A program made the position numbers and the translations under genes. Under the pieces are notes generated by a model, which was given only the letters and a program-made list of their open reading frames with translations, did no database searches and was not told the DNA's origin. A stretch of DNA of 64,000 nucleotides from an uncultured Planctomycetota bacterium. GTDB taxonomy: Bacteria; Planctomycetota; Planctomycetia; Isosphaerales; Isosphaeraceae. Shown here piece by piece: positions 31,922 to 41,752 of this stretch; position 1 is the first letter of the stretch; the number at the start of each line of letters is the position of its first letter. The stretch is from contig CAWJTV010000020.1 in assembly GCA_963845755.1 (NCBI GenBank), forward strand, positions 320,001 to 384,000, in the 5' to 3' direction.

Positions 31922-33268
31922 ATGCAGATCACCCCCGCGGAACGGCAAGATCCGAGAGCTCCCCGCCCAGGGGCGGAGCCGGCCTCGGCGATTGACCTCG
32001 ACTGGCTCTCGGACAAGATTCCCTATCGCCGATACCAGGAATGCGTTCACTGCGGACTTTGCACGGCAAGCTGCCCGACCTACGTGGAGACCTGCAATGA
32101 GAACGATAGCCCACGAGGCCGGATCTACTTGATGCGAGCCGTCGCCGACGGCCGACTGGAGATGGGGCCGGGTGTCCGAGAGCACCTCGAGCTCTGCCTC
32201 GACTGCCGGGCGTGCGAGACTGCCTGTCCCTCGGGTGTCCAGTACGGACGGATGATCGAGCCGTTCAAGATCGCGCTCCAGAAGTCCGCCTCACCCGGTG
32301 AGAAGACCAGCCTGCTCCAAAGATTGATTCTCCACCACGTGTTCCCTTACCCAAGCCGCGTGAGACTGGCGCTGGCGCCGGCGCGGCTCTTGCAACGGAT
32401 CGGTGCCCTCGACTGGGCGGAACGCGTCGGATTAACCCGTCTGCTCCCGCCGACCTTGCGCCGCATGCAGGCGATGCTCCCTCAACTCGGCCGTAACCCG
32501 GGGCGATTACCTCAAGTCCTGCCACCGATCGGCCCAAAGCGCGCCCGGGTCGCCCTCTTCCTCGGTTGCGTCGCCGACGCCATGTTTCCCGAAACCAACG
32601 CGGCAACCGCTCGTGTCCTTCAACAGAATGGATGCGAGGTCGTGATCCCTCCCGGGCAGGTCTGCTGTGGCGCGATCCACTACCACTCGGGCGTTGAGGG
32701 GCCGGCCCTGAAGCTGGCTCGTGCGAACATGGCCGCGTTTCCGGTCGACGACCTCGACGCGGTCATTGTCAACGCCGCGGGCTGCGGCGCGATGCTGAAA
32801 GACTACGCGCACATCCTGCCCGCCGGCGAACATGAGCCGGCTAAACGATTCACGGCGAAGGTCAAGGACATCTCCGAGTTTCTGATGGCTCTCGGTCCGA
32901 TCCCTCCTCGTGGCTCCCTCCCGATGAAAGTCGTGTATCACGACGCCTGCCACCTTTGCCATGCCCAGCAAATCCGCAGCCAGCCGCGTGCTCTGCTGGC
33001 CATGATTCCGGGGCTTCAACTCGTCCCGCTCGAGGAGAGCGAGATCTGTTGCGGTGCGGCCGGGACATACAACCTCACCCAGCCCGAGATGTCGGAGCGG
33101 CTCGGTCGCCGCAAGATGGATCACATCGAGGCCACGGGTGCCGAGATGGTCGTGACGGGGAATGTCGGCTGCATCCTCCAGATTGCCCGCAAGATCAAGG
33201 AGCGCGGCCGTCCCATGCAGATCGCCCACCCGGTCGACCTACTGGATCAGGCGTACAAGGGGTCTTGA
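31922..33268 (+). CDS. glcF: Glycolate oxidase Fe-S subunit-like (2x4Fe-4S + CCG domains)
   Basis: CVHCGLCTASCP, CLDCRACETACP, 'CCGA', 'YHDACHL', 'CCGAAG'. Confidence 0.85.
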   Translation: MQITPAERQDPRAPRPGAEPASAIDLDWLSDKIPYRRYQECVHCGLCTASCPTYVETCNENDSPRGRIYLMRAVADGRLEMGPGVREHLELCLDCRACETACPSGVQYGRMIEPFKIALQKSASPGEKTSLLQRLILHHVFPYPSRVRLALAPARLLQRIGALDWAERVGLTRLLPPTLRRMQAMLPQLGRNPGRLPQVLPPIGPKRARVALFLGCVADAMFPETNAATARVLQQNGCEVVIPPGQVCCGAIHYHSGVEGPALKLARANMAAFPVDDLDAVIVNAAGCGAMLKDYAHILPAGEHEPAKRFTAKVKDISEFLMALGPIPPRGSLPMKVVYHDACHLCHAQQIRSQPRALLAMIPGLQLVPLEESEICCGAAGTYNLTQPEMSERLGRRKMDHIEATGAEMVVTGNVGCILQIARKIKERGRPMQIAHPVDLLDQAYKGS

Positions 33269-33307
33269 GGAGTGAGCGGCGCACTCTCTCGGAGGCGTCC
33301 TGTACTC

Positions 33308-34057
33308 TCAGCCGCGGCCGACCAAGGGCATCTTGGTGGCCATGACGGTGAGAAACAGGACGTTCGCGTCCAGTGGTAGGCTGGCCATATAGAGAACAGC
33401 CCGGGCCACGTGTTCCACGTCCATGGTCGGCTCGACGGCGAACTTCCCGCCCGGTTGGGGTACACCGTCTTTCATCCGGGCGGTCATCTCGGTTCCCGCA
33501 TTTCCGATATCGATCTGACCGCAAGCGATGTCGTACTCCCGGCCATCCAGGGCCGTCGACTTCGTCAGACCGGTGATCGCATGCTTGGTCGCCGTGTAGG
33601 GCGCGGAGTTCGGTCGAGGTGTGTGTGCCGAGATCGAGCCATTGTTGATGATTCGTCCGCCCCGCGGATCCTGGTCCCTCATGATCCGGAACGCCGCCTG
33701 CGTGCAAAGGAACGTGCCGGTCAGGTTCACGTCGACGACGCGACGCCACTGCTCGATCGGGAGGTCTTCGAGGGGAACGTTCGGTGCGCCCATGCCGGCA
33801 TTGTTGAACAGCAGATCCAGGCGGCCGAATGCCGTTTTCGTCGCCTCGAACAGGAGAGATACGGCGTCGGGATCCGTGACGTCCGTCGGCACGACCAGCG
33901 CCCGAGACCCGTCCGGTCCCGCATCGACGACCGTCTGCTCAAGGGCATCACGGCGCCGTCCGGCCAGAGCCACCGAGTATCCGTCCCTCAGCAGGGCGTG
34001 CGCGACTGCTCGGCCGATCCCGGATCCCGAGCCTGTGACGATCGCGATCTTGCTCAT
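33308..34057 (-). CDS. Short-chain dehydrogenase/reductase
   Basis: [17 protein letters not shown]. Confidence 0.92.
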   Translation of the reverse strand: MSKIAIVTGSGSGIGRAVAHALLRDGYSVALAGRRRDALEQTVVDAGPDGSRALVVPTDVTDPDAVSLLFEATKTAFGRLDLLFNNAGMGAPNVPLEDLPIEQWRRVVDVNLTGTFLCTQAAFRIMRDQDPRGGRIINNGSISAHTPRPNSAPYTATKHAITGLTKSTALDGREYDIACGQIDIGNAGTEMTARMKDGVPQPGGKFAVEPTMDVEHVARAVLYMASLPLDANVLFLTVMATKMPLVGRG

Positions 34058-34291
34058 CGGTCGGCTGTCTTTTGTGGGCCGCGGGCAATTGACGAAAGAA
34101 CGATGATAGTCGGGCCACGTCGCGAACTTCAAGGCATTAGACCAACCGCTCGACACCGGTTTTCTCGATGATGAGATGCCACCGCCGTCCCGAATGGTCT
34201 ATAATCTCGAACGAGCGATTGTGCGCGCCAGTCCGTTTCACGGAATCCGTTTTTCGGGTGAAGATGGGCGTTTGCGCCAGGGAGACTTGCG

Positions 34292-35607
34292 TTGCCGACC
34301 ATTCAGATTACGGGCGGGCGGCTGATCGATCCCAGTCAAGGGCTCGATGAGATTGGCGACCTCTGGATTAGCCGCGGACGTATCCTGCCGATAGGTGGAG
34401 GCTACGAGGAGGCCGAGATGGTCATCGAAGCCCGGGACATGATCGTCTGTCCGGGCTTGATCGACATCCACGTTCACCTCCGAGAGCCCGGTAACGAGGA
34501 GGATGAAACCATCGCGACGGGAGCCAGTGCTGCGCTGGCGGGCGGTGTGACCTCCGTGGCGTGCATGCCGAACACGCAACCGGCGATCGATACCCAGGCG
34601 GCGGCGGAATTCGTCGTGCTCCAGGCGCAGCGGGCCCGGCAGGCGAATGTGTTCCCTGTCGGGGCCGTGAGCAAGGGTCGGCGTGGAGACGAGCTGGCCG
34701 AGCTTGGCCAACTGGTCGCCGGTGGCGCGGTCGCTTTCACCGACGACGGAGCACCCGTCGCCTCCGCCGACCTCATGCGCCGGGCCCTCGAGTACTCCAA
34801 GATGTTCGACCGGGTGATCATGCAGCATTGCCAGGTCCCTGAGCTGACGGTCGGTGGCGTCATGCATGAGGGGTTTGAGTCAATGCGATTGGGACTCTCC
34901 GGCATGCCGGCGGCTGCCGAGGACATCATGGTCGCCCGCGATATCCGCCTTGCCGAGATCACCGGCGGACGGCTTCACATCCAGCATATCTCCACGGCGC
35001 GGTCGGTCGAGCTGGTCCGCGAGGGAAAGAGGAGGGGCGTCCGGGTCACCGCCGAAGCCTGCCCGCACCATTTCACGCTCACGGACGAGATGCTCCGGAC
35101 GTTCGACTCCAACTACAAGATGAATCCGCCGCTTCGGACCTGGAGCGATGTCGAGGCCGTCATCGGGGGATTGAAGGACAACACGATCGAGTTCCTCGCC
35201 ACCGATCATGCACCCCACGCCCGCGAGAAGAAGATGCGGGAGATCGACCAGGCGCCCTTCGGAATCGTCGGACTGGAGACGTTGGTCCCGATTATCGCGC
35301 TGAGCCTCATCGAGCCCGGACATTTGACCTGGCCCGAAGTTCTGGCCAAGCTCACCATCAACCCTTCCAACCTCCTGGGACTCACCGACAAGGGCACTCT
35401 CCGGGCCGGCGCGGACGCGGATATTACCATCATCGATCCCGAGACGCGCTGGACGATCGATCCGTCACAGTTTCGCTCCAAGAGCCGGAATACCCCCTTC
35501 GGAGGTTGGGACGTCCGGGCCCGCGCCACACGGTGATCGTCGGCGGTGAGGTCCGATTCACGCGGGGCGGCATCGTGCATCAGCCCGGGGAGGCCTTGAC
35601 GGTCTGA
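34292..35607 (+). CDS. pyrC: Dihydroorotase, frameshift near 35525
   Basis: 'DIHVHLREPG', 'MPNT', 'KMNPPLR', 'ATDHAPH'; tail 'TVIVGGEV' is in a shifted frame. Confidence 0.92.
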
Positions 35608-35727
35608 ACGAACGCAACACCTCGATGGACCCGGAGCAGCCACGAACACGACCTTGAATCTCCGGGGTGCCCATCTAGAGTTACTGAAGGGAGGTGCGGT
35701 GTCGAAACCGGTACGGAATGGCCGACA

Positions 35728-36348
35728 ATGCACTGGGTCATCGACGGTTATAACGTCATGCACGCGGGTGGGCGCCTGGGAGCCAAACTCGGGCGCGAAG
35801 GGTTCCGTCGCGCCCGGCGGCGATTTCTCGGTGACCTCACGGACGCCCTTGGCCCCGACCGTGCCGGCCGAACCACCGTCGTCTTCGATGCCCGCGTCCC
35901 GCCCGGGGATTTCTCGCTCCACGCTACCTATCGCGGCCTCCACCTGCTCTTCGCGCTCGGGGATGAAGACGCCGATTCCCGCATCGAGTCGATCATCGAA
36001 CACGATGCGAACCCGCGGAACCTGACCGTGGTCTCGTCGGACCGGAGGATTCGCCAGGCCGCCTCACGCAGGCGGGCCAAGTCGCTCACGGCCGAAGACT
36101 TCTGGGTCTGGCTCGACCACCTGCGAGAGCAAGCCGCCATCGCCAATGAGAATCTCGAACGCCGGTCCGCCCGGCCGCCTACACACGATCGATCCGACCG
36201 ATCGCCCGTCGATGACTCGGAATTCTGGCTCGAAGTCTTTGGCGACCTGGACACACCCGAGAACCGCGAAGCCATCGCCCCCAATGCCGCCCTCCTCACC
36301 GATGCCGAAATCGCCGAGATCCAGCGGCAGGTCGATCGGGAACCCTGA
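35728..36348 (+). CDS. NYN/YacP-like (PIN-fold) ribonuclease domain protein
   Basis: 'VIDGYNVMH', 'VVFDA', 'DADSRI', 'VVSSDRRI'. Confidence 0.85.
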   Translation: MHWVIDGYNVMHAGGRLGAKLGREGFRRARRRFLGDLTDALGPDRAGRTTVVFDARVPPGDFSLHATYRGLHLLFALGDEDADSRIESIIEHDANPRNLTVVSSDRRIRQAASRRRAKSLTAEDFWVWLDHLREQAAIANENLERRSARPPTHDRSDRSPVDDSEFWLEVFGDLDTPENREAIAPNAALLTDAEIAEIQRQVDREP

Positions 36349-36355
36349 CTTCTCA

Positions 36356-36445
36356 AGGATGAAGGATGAAGGATGAAGGATGAGTAGAGATTCAGCCCCA
36401 TCGTGAATACAGAATCTCGAATCTGAAATCCGGAATTTGGAATTC
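36356..36445. repeat. Heptamer tandem repeats
   Basis: (AGGATGA)x4 at 36356-36383, then degenerate GAATCTC/AAATCCG/GAATTTG 7-mers. Confidence 0.8.
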
Positions 36446-36539
36446 CTCGCCGTCCGTGGTAAAACCGAATTCGTTCTACACTCCGGCGCCGCCATCGGTG
36501 TGGCGTCCAACACTGGTCGAGATCCAGGGCCCTGCCATC

Positions 36540-37790
36540 ATGAAGGTGCACGAATACCAAGCGAAAGAGCTACTCAAGAGCGCCGGCGTCGCGGTTCCCG
36601 AGGGCATCGTGGTGACCCGCCCGGAGGATGCCGCCAAGGCGTACGACACCCTGGGCGGCGGCCTCATCGTCGTCAAGGCCCAGGTTCACGCCGGTGGCCG
36701 CGGCAAGGGGGTGGCGATCGGTCCCGCGGACGACCGCGCTCAGGCTCTGGAGATCGCCAGCGGTCGCCGACCGCGACCCGAATCGATGGCCAAGGGCGTT
36801 CAGCTCGTCAAGTCGGCCCAGGACGCCCAGAAGGCCGCCGCCAGCCTGCTCGGCAAGACGCTGGTGACCTATCAGACCGGTCCGCAAGGTCAAGCGATCT
36901 CCAAGGTTCTGGTCACGGTGGGACACGACATCGCCCGCGAGCTCTACCTGGGCATGGCCGTGGACCGCGGCGCCCAGTGTCCCGTCCTGATGGCCTCGAC
37001 CGAAGGGGGAGTCGAGATCGAGACCGTTGCGCTCAAGACGCCGGAAAAGATCCATCGCGAGCCCATCGACGTGGGAATCGGCCTGGCGGATTTCCAGGCT
37101 CGGAAAGTCGCGAGGGCACTGGGATTGACCGGAGACTCGGCCAGGAAGGGCGCGACGTTCTTCAAGAACTTCGTGCGACTCTTCCTCGACACGGATGCCT
37201 CCCTCGCCGAGATCAACCCATTGATCGTCACGGCCGGTGGCGACGTCCTGGCGCTGGATTGCAAGTTGAATTTCGACGATAACGCCATGTTCCGCCATCC
37301 CCAGATCGCGGCGATGCTCGACGAAGCCGAGGAAGACCCGGCCGAGCTGCGCCACGGGCGGATCGGATTGAGCTTCGTCAGCCTCGACGGCGACATCGCC
37401 TGCCTGGTCAACGGCGCCGGGCTGGCGATGAGCACGATGGACCTGATCAAGTATCACGGCGGTGAGCCGGCGAACTTCCTCGACGTCGGCGGCGGTGCCA
37501 ACAAGGATCAGGTGCTCGAAGGGTTCCGCATTCTCCTGAGCGAGCCGCGCGTCAAGGCGGTGCTGGTCAACATTTTCGGCGGAATCATGAAATGCGACAC
37601 GATCGCCACGGCCCTGCTTGCGGCCTACGACGAGCTGGATTTCCGCGTCCCTCTGGTCGTCCGTCTCGAAGGAACGAACGTCGACAAGGGGAAGGCCCTC
37701 CTGAAGGAGAGCGGTCGCAAGATCATCACCGCCGACGGGCTGACGGACGCCGCGCAGAAGGTCGTCGCGGCGGCCAAGGGGGCGGCGTGA
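36540..37790 (+). CDS. sucC: Succinyl-CoA ligase beta subunit
   Basis: '[12 protein letters not shown]', '[12 protein letters not shown]', 'EINPL', 'VNGAGLAM', '[10 protein letters not shown]'. Confidence 0.95.
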   Translation: MKVHEYQAKELLKSAGVAVPEGIVVTRPEDAAKAYDTLGGGLIVVKAQVHAGGRGKGVAIGPADDRAQALEIASGRRPRPESMAKGVQLVKSAQDAQKAAASLLGKTLVTYQTGPQGQAISKVLVTVGHDIARELYLGMAVDRGAQCPVLMASTEGGVEIETVALKTPEKIHREPIDVGIGLADFQARKVARALGLTGDSARKGATFFKNFVRLFLDTDASLAEINPLIVTAGGDVLALDCKLNFDDNAMFRHPQIAAMLDEAEEDPAELRHGRIGLSFVSLDGDIACLVNGAGLAMSTMDLIKYHGGEPANFLDVGGGANKDQVLEGFRILLSEPRVKAVLVNIFGGIMKCDTIATALLAAYDELDFRVPLVVRLEGTNVDKGKALLKESGRKIITADGLTDAAQKVVAAAKGAA

Positions 37791-37826
37791 GACGTCGAAG
37801 ACAACTCCACCTGAAGTGAGGCAACC

Positions 37827-38261
37827 ATGGAATCCGAAACGATGGGAAGAGTCACGGTTACGGCGAAGGTCGAGAACATGGGGGAGTTGCTTCTGGTTCA
37901 TAAGGGCCAGCTTACCGACGACGAAGTGCATCGAATTGAGGTGAGCGAAGCCTTGGTCGATACTGGGGCGACGAGCCTCTCGATGCCCAAGTCGCTCATT
38001 GATCGTTTGGAACTCGTTCCTCTCCGATCTCGGACCGCCCGGACCAGCGCAGGGCTCGCGACCTTCAACGTCTACGGCGCCGTCCGCCTGACCGTCCAGG
38101 GGAGGGATTGTACCATCGATGTCACCGAGGTTCCCGAGGAATGCCCGGTGTTGATCGGCCAGGTTCCCCTGGAACTGCTCGATTTCGTCGTCGATCCGGC
38201 CAATCAGCGCCTGATCGGTAACCCGGCTCATGGTGGTGAGCAGATGTTCGAGATGTACTGA
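37827..38261 (+). CDS. Retropepsin-like (clan AA) aspartic protease
   Basis: 'ALVDTGAT' and 'VLIGQVPLE..DFVVDP'. Confidence 0.85.
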   Translation: MESETMGRVTVTAKVENMGELLLVHKGQLTDDEVHRIEVSEALVDTGATSLSMPKSLIDRLELVPLRSRTARTSAGLATFNVYGAVRLTVQGRDCTIDVTEVPEECPVLIGQVPLELLDFVVDPANQRLIGNPAHGGEQMFEMY

Positions 38262-38546
38262 ATGGGCGTCATTGGATGGGAACTTTCGAGAGAAGATCCT
38301 GAAGGCGCGCCGGATAAGTGGGTGAGATTCAGACCGGCCAACGCTGATCCGCGAGAACCACTTGGGCGGCGGATTCGCGAGGTATCGGGATAAGTCTGTC
38401 CGTCTGTCCGATCTTTCGAAAACTGGTCAGGGTTACTCGTGACGAGAGTTGATCGTGGTGCGGGCGTCTCGTCCGTACGATATGAAGGTATCGCCAGGCC
38501 GCCGTGGCTCGAAACCATCTGCGGCCTCATTCAGTTGGGGAGTTCG

Positions 38547-39428
38547 ATGAGCATCCTGGTCGACAAGAACACACGGTTGATCTGTCAGGGCATCACGGGC
38601 AAGGCGGGGGCCTTCCACTCCGAGCAGTGCCAGTCATACGGCACGAGTCTGGTGGGAGGGATTACGCCCGGTCGAGGGGGCACGACCACGCTGGGGGTGC
38701 CAATCTTCGATACGTGCGCCGAGGCGGTCGAGGCGACGGGCGCCAATGCCACCATGATTTTTGTACCGCCCCCGTTCGCGGCCGATGCCATCATGGAAGC
38801 CGCCGACGCGGGCATCGCCCTGGTCGTGGCGATCACCGAGGGCATCCCCGTGATCGATATGGCGCACGCCGTGGCTTACCTCAAGGCACATCGGCCATCG
38901 GTTCGACTGATCGGTCCCAACTGTCCGGGCATCATCACGCCCGGGCAGTGCAAGATTGGCATCATGCCCGGTTATATCCACAAACCCGGCCGGATCGGAG
39001 TCATCAGCCGATCGGGGACCCTGACCTACGAGGCGGTCTGGCAGCTCACGAACCTCGAGATCGGCCAGAGCACCTGCATCGGCATCGGCGGAGATCCGGT
39101 GAATGGTACGAGCTTCGTCGATGCCCTGAGGCTCTTCGAAGCCGATCCGGAGACGGACGGTGTGTTAATGATGGGCGAGATCGGCGGGAATGCCGAGGAA
39201 CAGGCCGCGGCGTTCAAGGCGGCCGGGAAGTTTACCAAGCCACTGGCCGCGTTCATCGCCGGTCAGACGGCTCCGCCCGGCAAGCGGATGGGACATGCCG
39301 GCGCCATCATCTCCGGCGGCTCGGGGAAAGCCTCCGACAAGATTCACGCGCTGGAGGCTGCGGGCATTCGCGTCGCCAAGACCCCGGCCGAGATGGGGAC
39401 CACCTTGAAGGCTGCCCTCAAGGGCTGA
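38547..39428 (+). CDS. sucD: Succinyl-CoA ligase alpha subunit
   Basis: 'MSILV', 'QGITG', 'GPNCPG', 'SRSGTLTYE', 'MGHAGA'. Confidence 0.95.
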   Translation: MSILVDKNTRLICQGITGKAGAFHSEQCQSYGTSLVGGITPGRGGTTTLGVPIFDTCAEAVEATGANATMIFVPPPFAADAIMEAADAGIALVVAITEGIPVIDMAHAVAYLKAHRPSVRLIGPNCPGIITPGQCKIGIMPGYIHKPGRIGVISRSGTLTYEAVWQLTNLEIGQSTCIGIGGDPVNGTSFVDALRLFEADPETDGVLMMGEIGGNAEEQAAAFKAAGKFTKPLAAFIAGQTAPPGKRMGHAGAIISGGSGKASDKIHALEAAGIRVAKTPAEMGTTLKAALKG

Positions 39429-39434
39429 TCCACC

Positions 39435-40004
39435 GTGGCGCAAACCGATCCCGATCGAGCCAATCCCTGGACGACACTAAGTAGCCGGTCGGTCTACGAG
39501 AACCCGTGGATCCATGTCCGCGAGGACCATGTGCTCCGGCCGGATGGGCTCCCTGGCATTTACGGCGTCGTCCATTTCAAGAACCGCGCCGTGGGGGTCC
39601 TGCCGGTCAACGATCAGGGCCGAATCTGGCTGGTCGGACAGCATCGCTATCCGCTCGAGGCGTACTCGTGGGAGATCCCAGAGGGCGGCTGTCCTCCGTC
39701 GGAGAGCCCCGAACAGACGGCCGTGCGCGAGCTTCGTGAGGAGACCGGTCTGAGCGCCGGCCGCATCGAGCTGGTGGCGACGTCTCATCTGTCCAATTCG
39801 GTGAGCGACGAGATCGGCTATGTCTTCCGCGCGACCGAGCTGACCCACGGCCCCGACGAGCCGGAAGGTTGCGAACGCATCGAGGTGAAACAATTCGACT
39901 GGGGAGAGGCTTGGGAGATGCTCCGGCGCGGCGAAATCACCGATTCCCTCAGCGTCATCGCCCTGTTGCACGAAGCCGTGCGGCGCCTCGAGGAGGCGAG
40001 ATGA
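39435..40004 (+). CDS. NUDIX hydrolase (ADP-ribose pyrophosphatase-like)
   Basis: 'EIPEGG...EQTAVRELREETGL' Nudix box. Confidence 0.9.
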   Translation: MAQTDPDRANPWTTLSSRSVYENPWIHVREDHVLRPDGLPGIYGVVHFKNRAVGVLPVNDQGRIWLVGQHRYPLEAYSWEIPEGGCPPSESPEQTAVRELREETGLSAGRIELVATSHLSNSVSDEIGYVFRATELTHGPDEPEGCERIEVKQFDWGEAWEMLRRGEITDSLSVIALLHEAVRRLEEAR

Positions 40005-40022
40005 ATGAGAAGCGAGCTTCAC

Positions 40023-40081
40023 GTACATCAGGCTTTCCAGCCTGACAGCCCAGACGCGTCAGGCTGGAAAGCCTGACCTAC
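40023..40081. repeat. REP-like inverted doublet
   Basis: tcaggctttccagcctgac ... gtcaggctggaaagcctgacctac; each arm is self-palindromic; GTAG end on the reverse strand; lies between convergent genes. Confidence 0.75.
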
Positions 40082-40105
40082 TCTCTTCCTGGCGTCATGG
40101 GCGAC

Positions 40106-41239
40106 TCAGTAGGTCGTCGTCGGGCTGGGAATTCGAGCGGGGTCCCAGGTCGTGCGAACCGTGCCGGACTGCGCGGATTCCGAACTCGTCGCGAGGATCG
40201 ACCGCGTGGGGAAGAACTTGCCGGGGCAGACGGTCGGGGTCGCGGCCAGGTGAGAATGGGTCGAGATGTGAGCCGGCTGGACGCGGTAGTGCTGGCTGAG
40301 GTAATCGACCAGCGCGTGAGTGGCCGCGATCTGCCGGGGCGTCGGGGGCTGCTTGTCCAGGTCGCCGATCAGACAGATGCCGATCCCGTACTCGTCAACG
40401 TCGTGAGTGCGGGCGTTCCGGCAATGGACTCCTTGCTTCTGGTTGTTCCAGCGCTGGGCGACTTCGATCTGTCCGTCGCCGCTGCCGTTCCCGTTGCCGA
40501 TGACGAAGTGGTAACCGCAACCGTCATAACCCAGGATCTTGCGATGCTCCTGATCGATCTGATCGTAATTGCCGCTGGCCGACGCGCTGTGATGCAGTAC
40601 GATGTAGCGCCACGGGCGGTCGGCCTTGTTGGGGTAGAACAATTCGCTGGCACTGGATCCCGCAACGAAGGGTTGCAGCCGCTCGCCCAGCGCGGTGCGG
40701 CGGTTGGTCGCAGACGCCGCCGCATTGATCCGCTGTGCTGTCGGGCCGTCTGGCTGCCAGCTCGCTGACGTCGGACTGGCGTTCGGAGGTTGCAGGGGTG
40801 GCCCGACTTTCGAGGTACCCGAGCCCGAGGAGGGTGTCGTGCTCTTGCGCGGCTGGTTCGTCGAGGAGGGAATCTCGTCATAATCCGGCTCGGTCCCGAT
40901 CTTCGCACTCGGCGGTGGCTCGACGACCGAGCGGACGCCGCTCGAGCTCCCCTGGATGGAGGAGCTCGGCGTGACGTTGGAGTTCACAGTCGGATCGCTC
41001 AACGTAGGCACCGAGGTTGTCGGTGCGCTGACGGCTTCGTCGGTGACGACAGCCGGCGTCGAACTACCGCCACAATTGGTACAAGGCGCCACGGCCCGGG
41101 TCGGTCTGGCGAAAATCGGGCGGTAGGAGGTGCGGCTATGGCTGCAACCGGCCGTCATCGCCATGGCGAGCGGCAGCACGAGAACCGCGAAGAAACGTGT
41201 CAGCCGCGGGATTCTCGCGGCGATCTGAGGAAGGGTCAT
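40106..41239 (-). CDS. Lipoprotein N-acetylmuramoyl-L-alanine amidase (Amidase_2/PGRP-like)
   Basis: Lipobox 'TAGC'; P/S/T-rich linker; 'IVLHHSA', 'GYHFVI', 'GVHC', 'THS...TVCPG'. Confidence 0.88.
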   Translation of the reverse strand: MTLPQIAARIPRLTRFFAVLVLPLAMAMTAGCSHSRTSYRPIFARPTRAVAPCTNCGGSSTPAVVTDEAVSAPTTSVPTLSDPTVNSNVTPSSSIQGSSSGVRSVVEPPPSAKIGTEPDYDEIPSSTNQPRKSTTPSSGSGTSKVGPPLQPPNASPTSASWQPDGPTAQRINAAASATNRRTALGERLQPFVAGSSASELFYPNKADRPWRYIVLHHSASASGNYDQIDQEHRKILGYDGCGYHFVIGNGNGSGDGQIEVAQRWNNQKQGVHCRNARTHDVDEYGIGICLIGDLDKQPPTPRQIAATHALVDYLSQHYRVQPAHISTHSHLAATPTVCPGKFFPTRSILATSSESAQSGTVRTTWDPARIPSPTTTY

Positions 41240-41651
41240 TGGGGATCTCCTTGCCAGGTTGAAGGCTCGCCCGGCGATACAGGCCGGGACTCGATACAGG
41301 TCCAATCGCAAGCGCGGTGCCGAACGAGTCTTCGATGGGTTCCAGGTGAATTACTCGTCACCCTGGCTTTCGACTCAAGTCTACACGCCGTTTGGCCGAC
41401 AAGCGGGTCACTGAAGTTTTTTTTCATTTTTTCTCAAGTCAACGGCGATGAAATCCGCAAGGTCCCGTGTAAGAAACTCCGTCCTCTTGCAACAACGACA
41501 TCGCCATTGCCTCCCTTGCAACCGGATGGATCGTCCCCATCGTCAAGGTCGCGGATTCCGTGGGTCGAGAGCGATGCCTGGTGACGATCGTGCGTATGGC
41601 AGGGCTTGACGCGAATTGTTATGCTTGAGGGGACATCGAGAGCGAATGCGC

Positions 41652-41681
41652 GGCCCCCCGAACTCGCGGCGGGCCTTTTTT
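41652..41681 (+). terminator. Terminator-like hairpin + U-tract in the leuS leader
   Basis: ggccc(c)ccg-aactcg-cgg(c)gggcc followed by tttttt, 72 nt before the leuS ATG. Confidence 0.45.
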
Positions 41682-41752
41682 GTCAAGAGAGGGGGCGCGG
41701 ACGCGTGATCGATCCGCGATCGATCGGTTCCGGCCGCCGGAGAGCCTGAGTC

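Noticed and set aside
41560..41752. T-box or Leu leader peptide
   Set aside because: No T-box consensus and no Leu-rich short ORF
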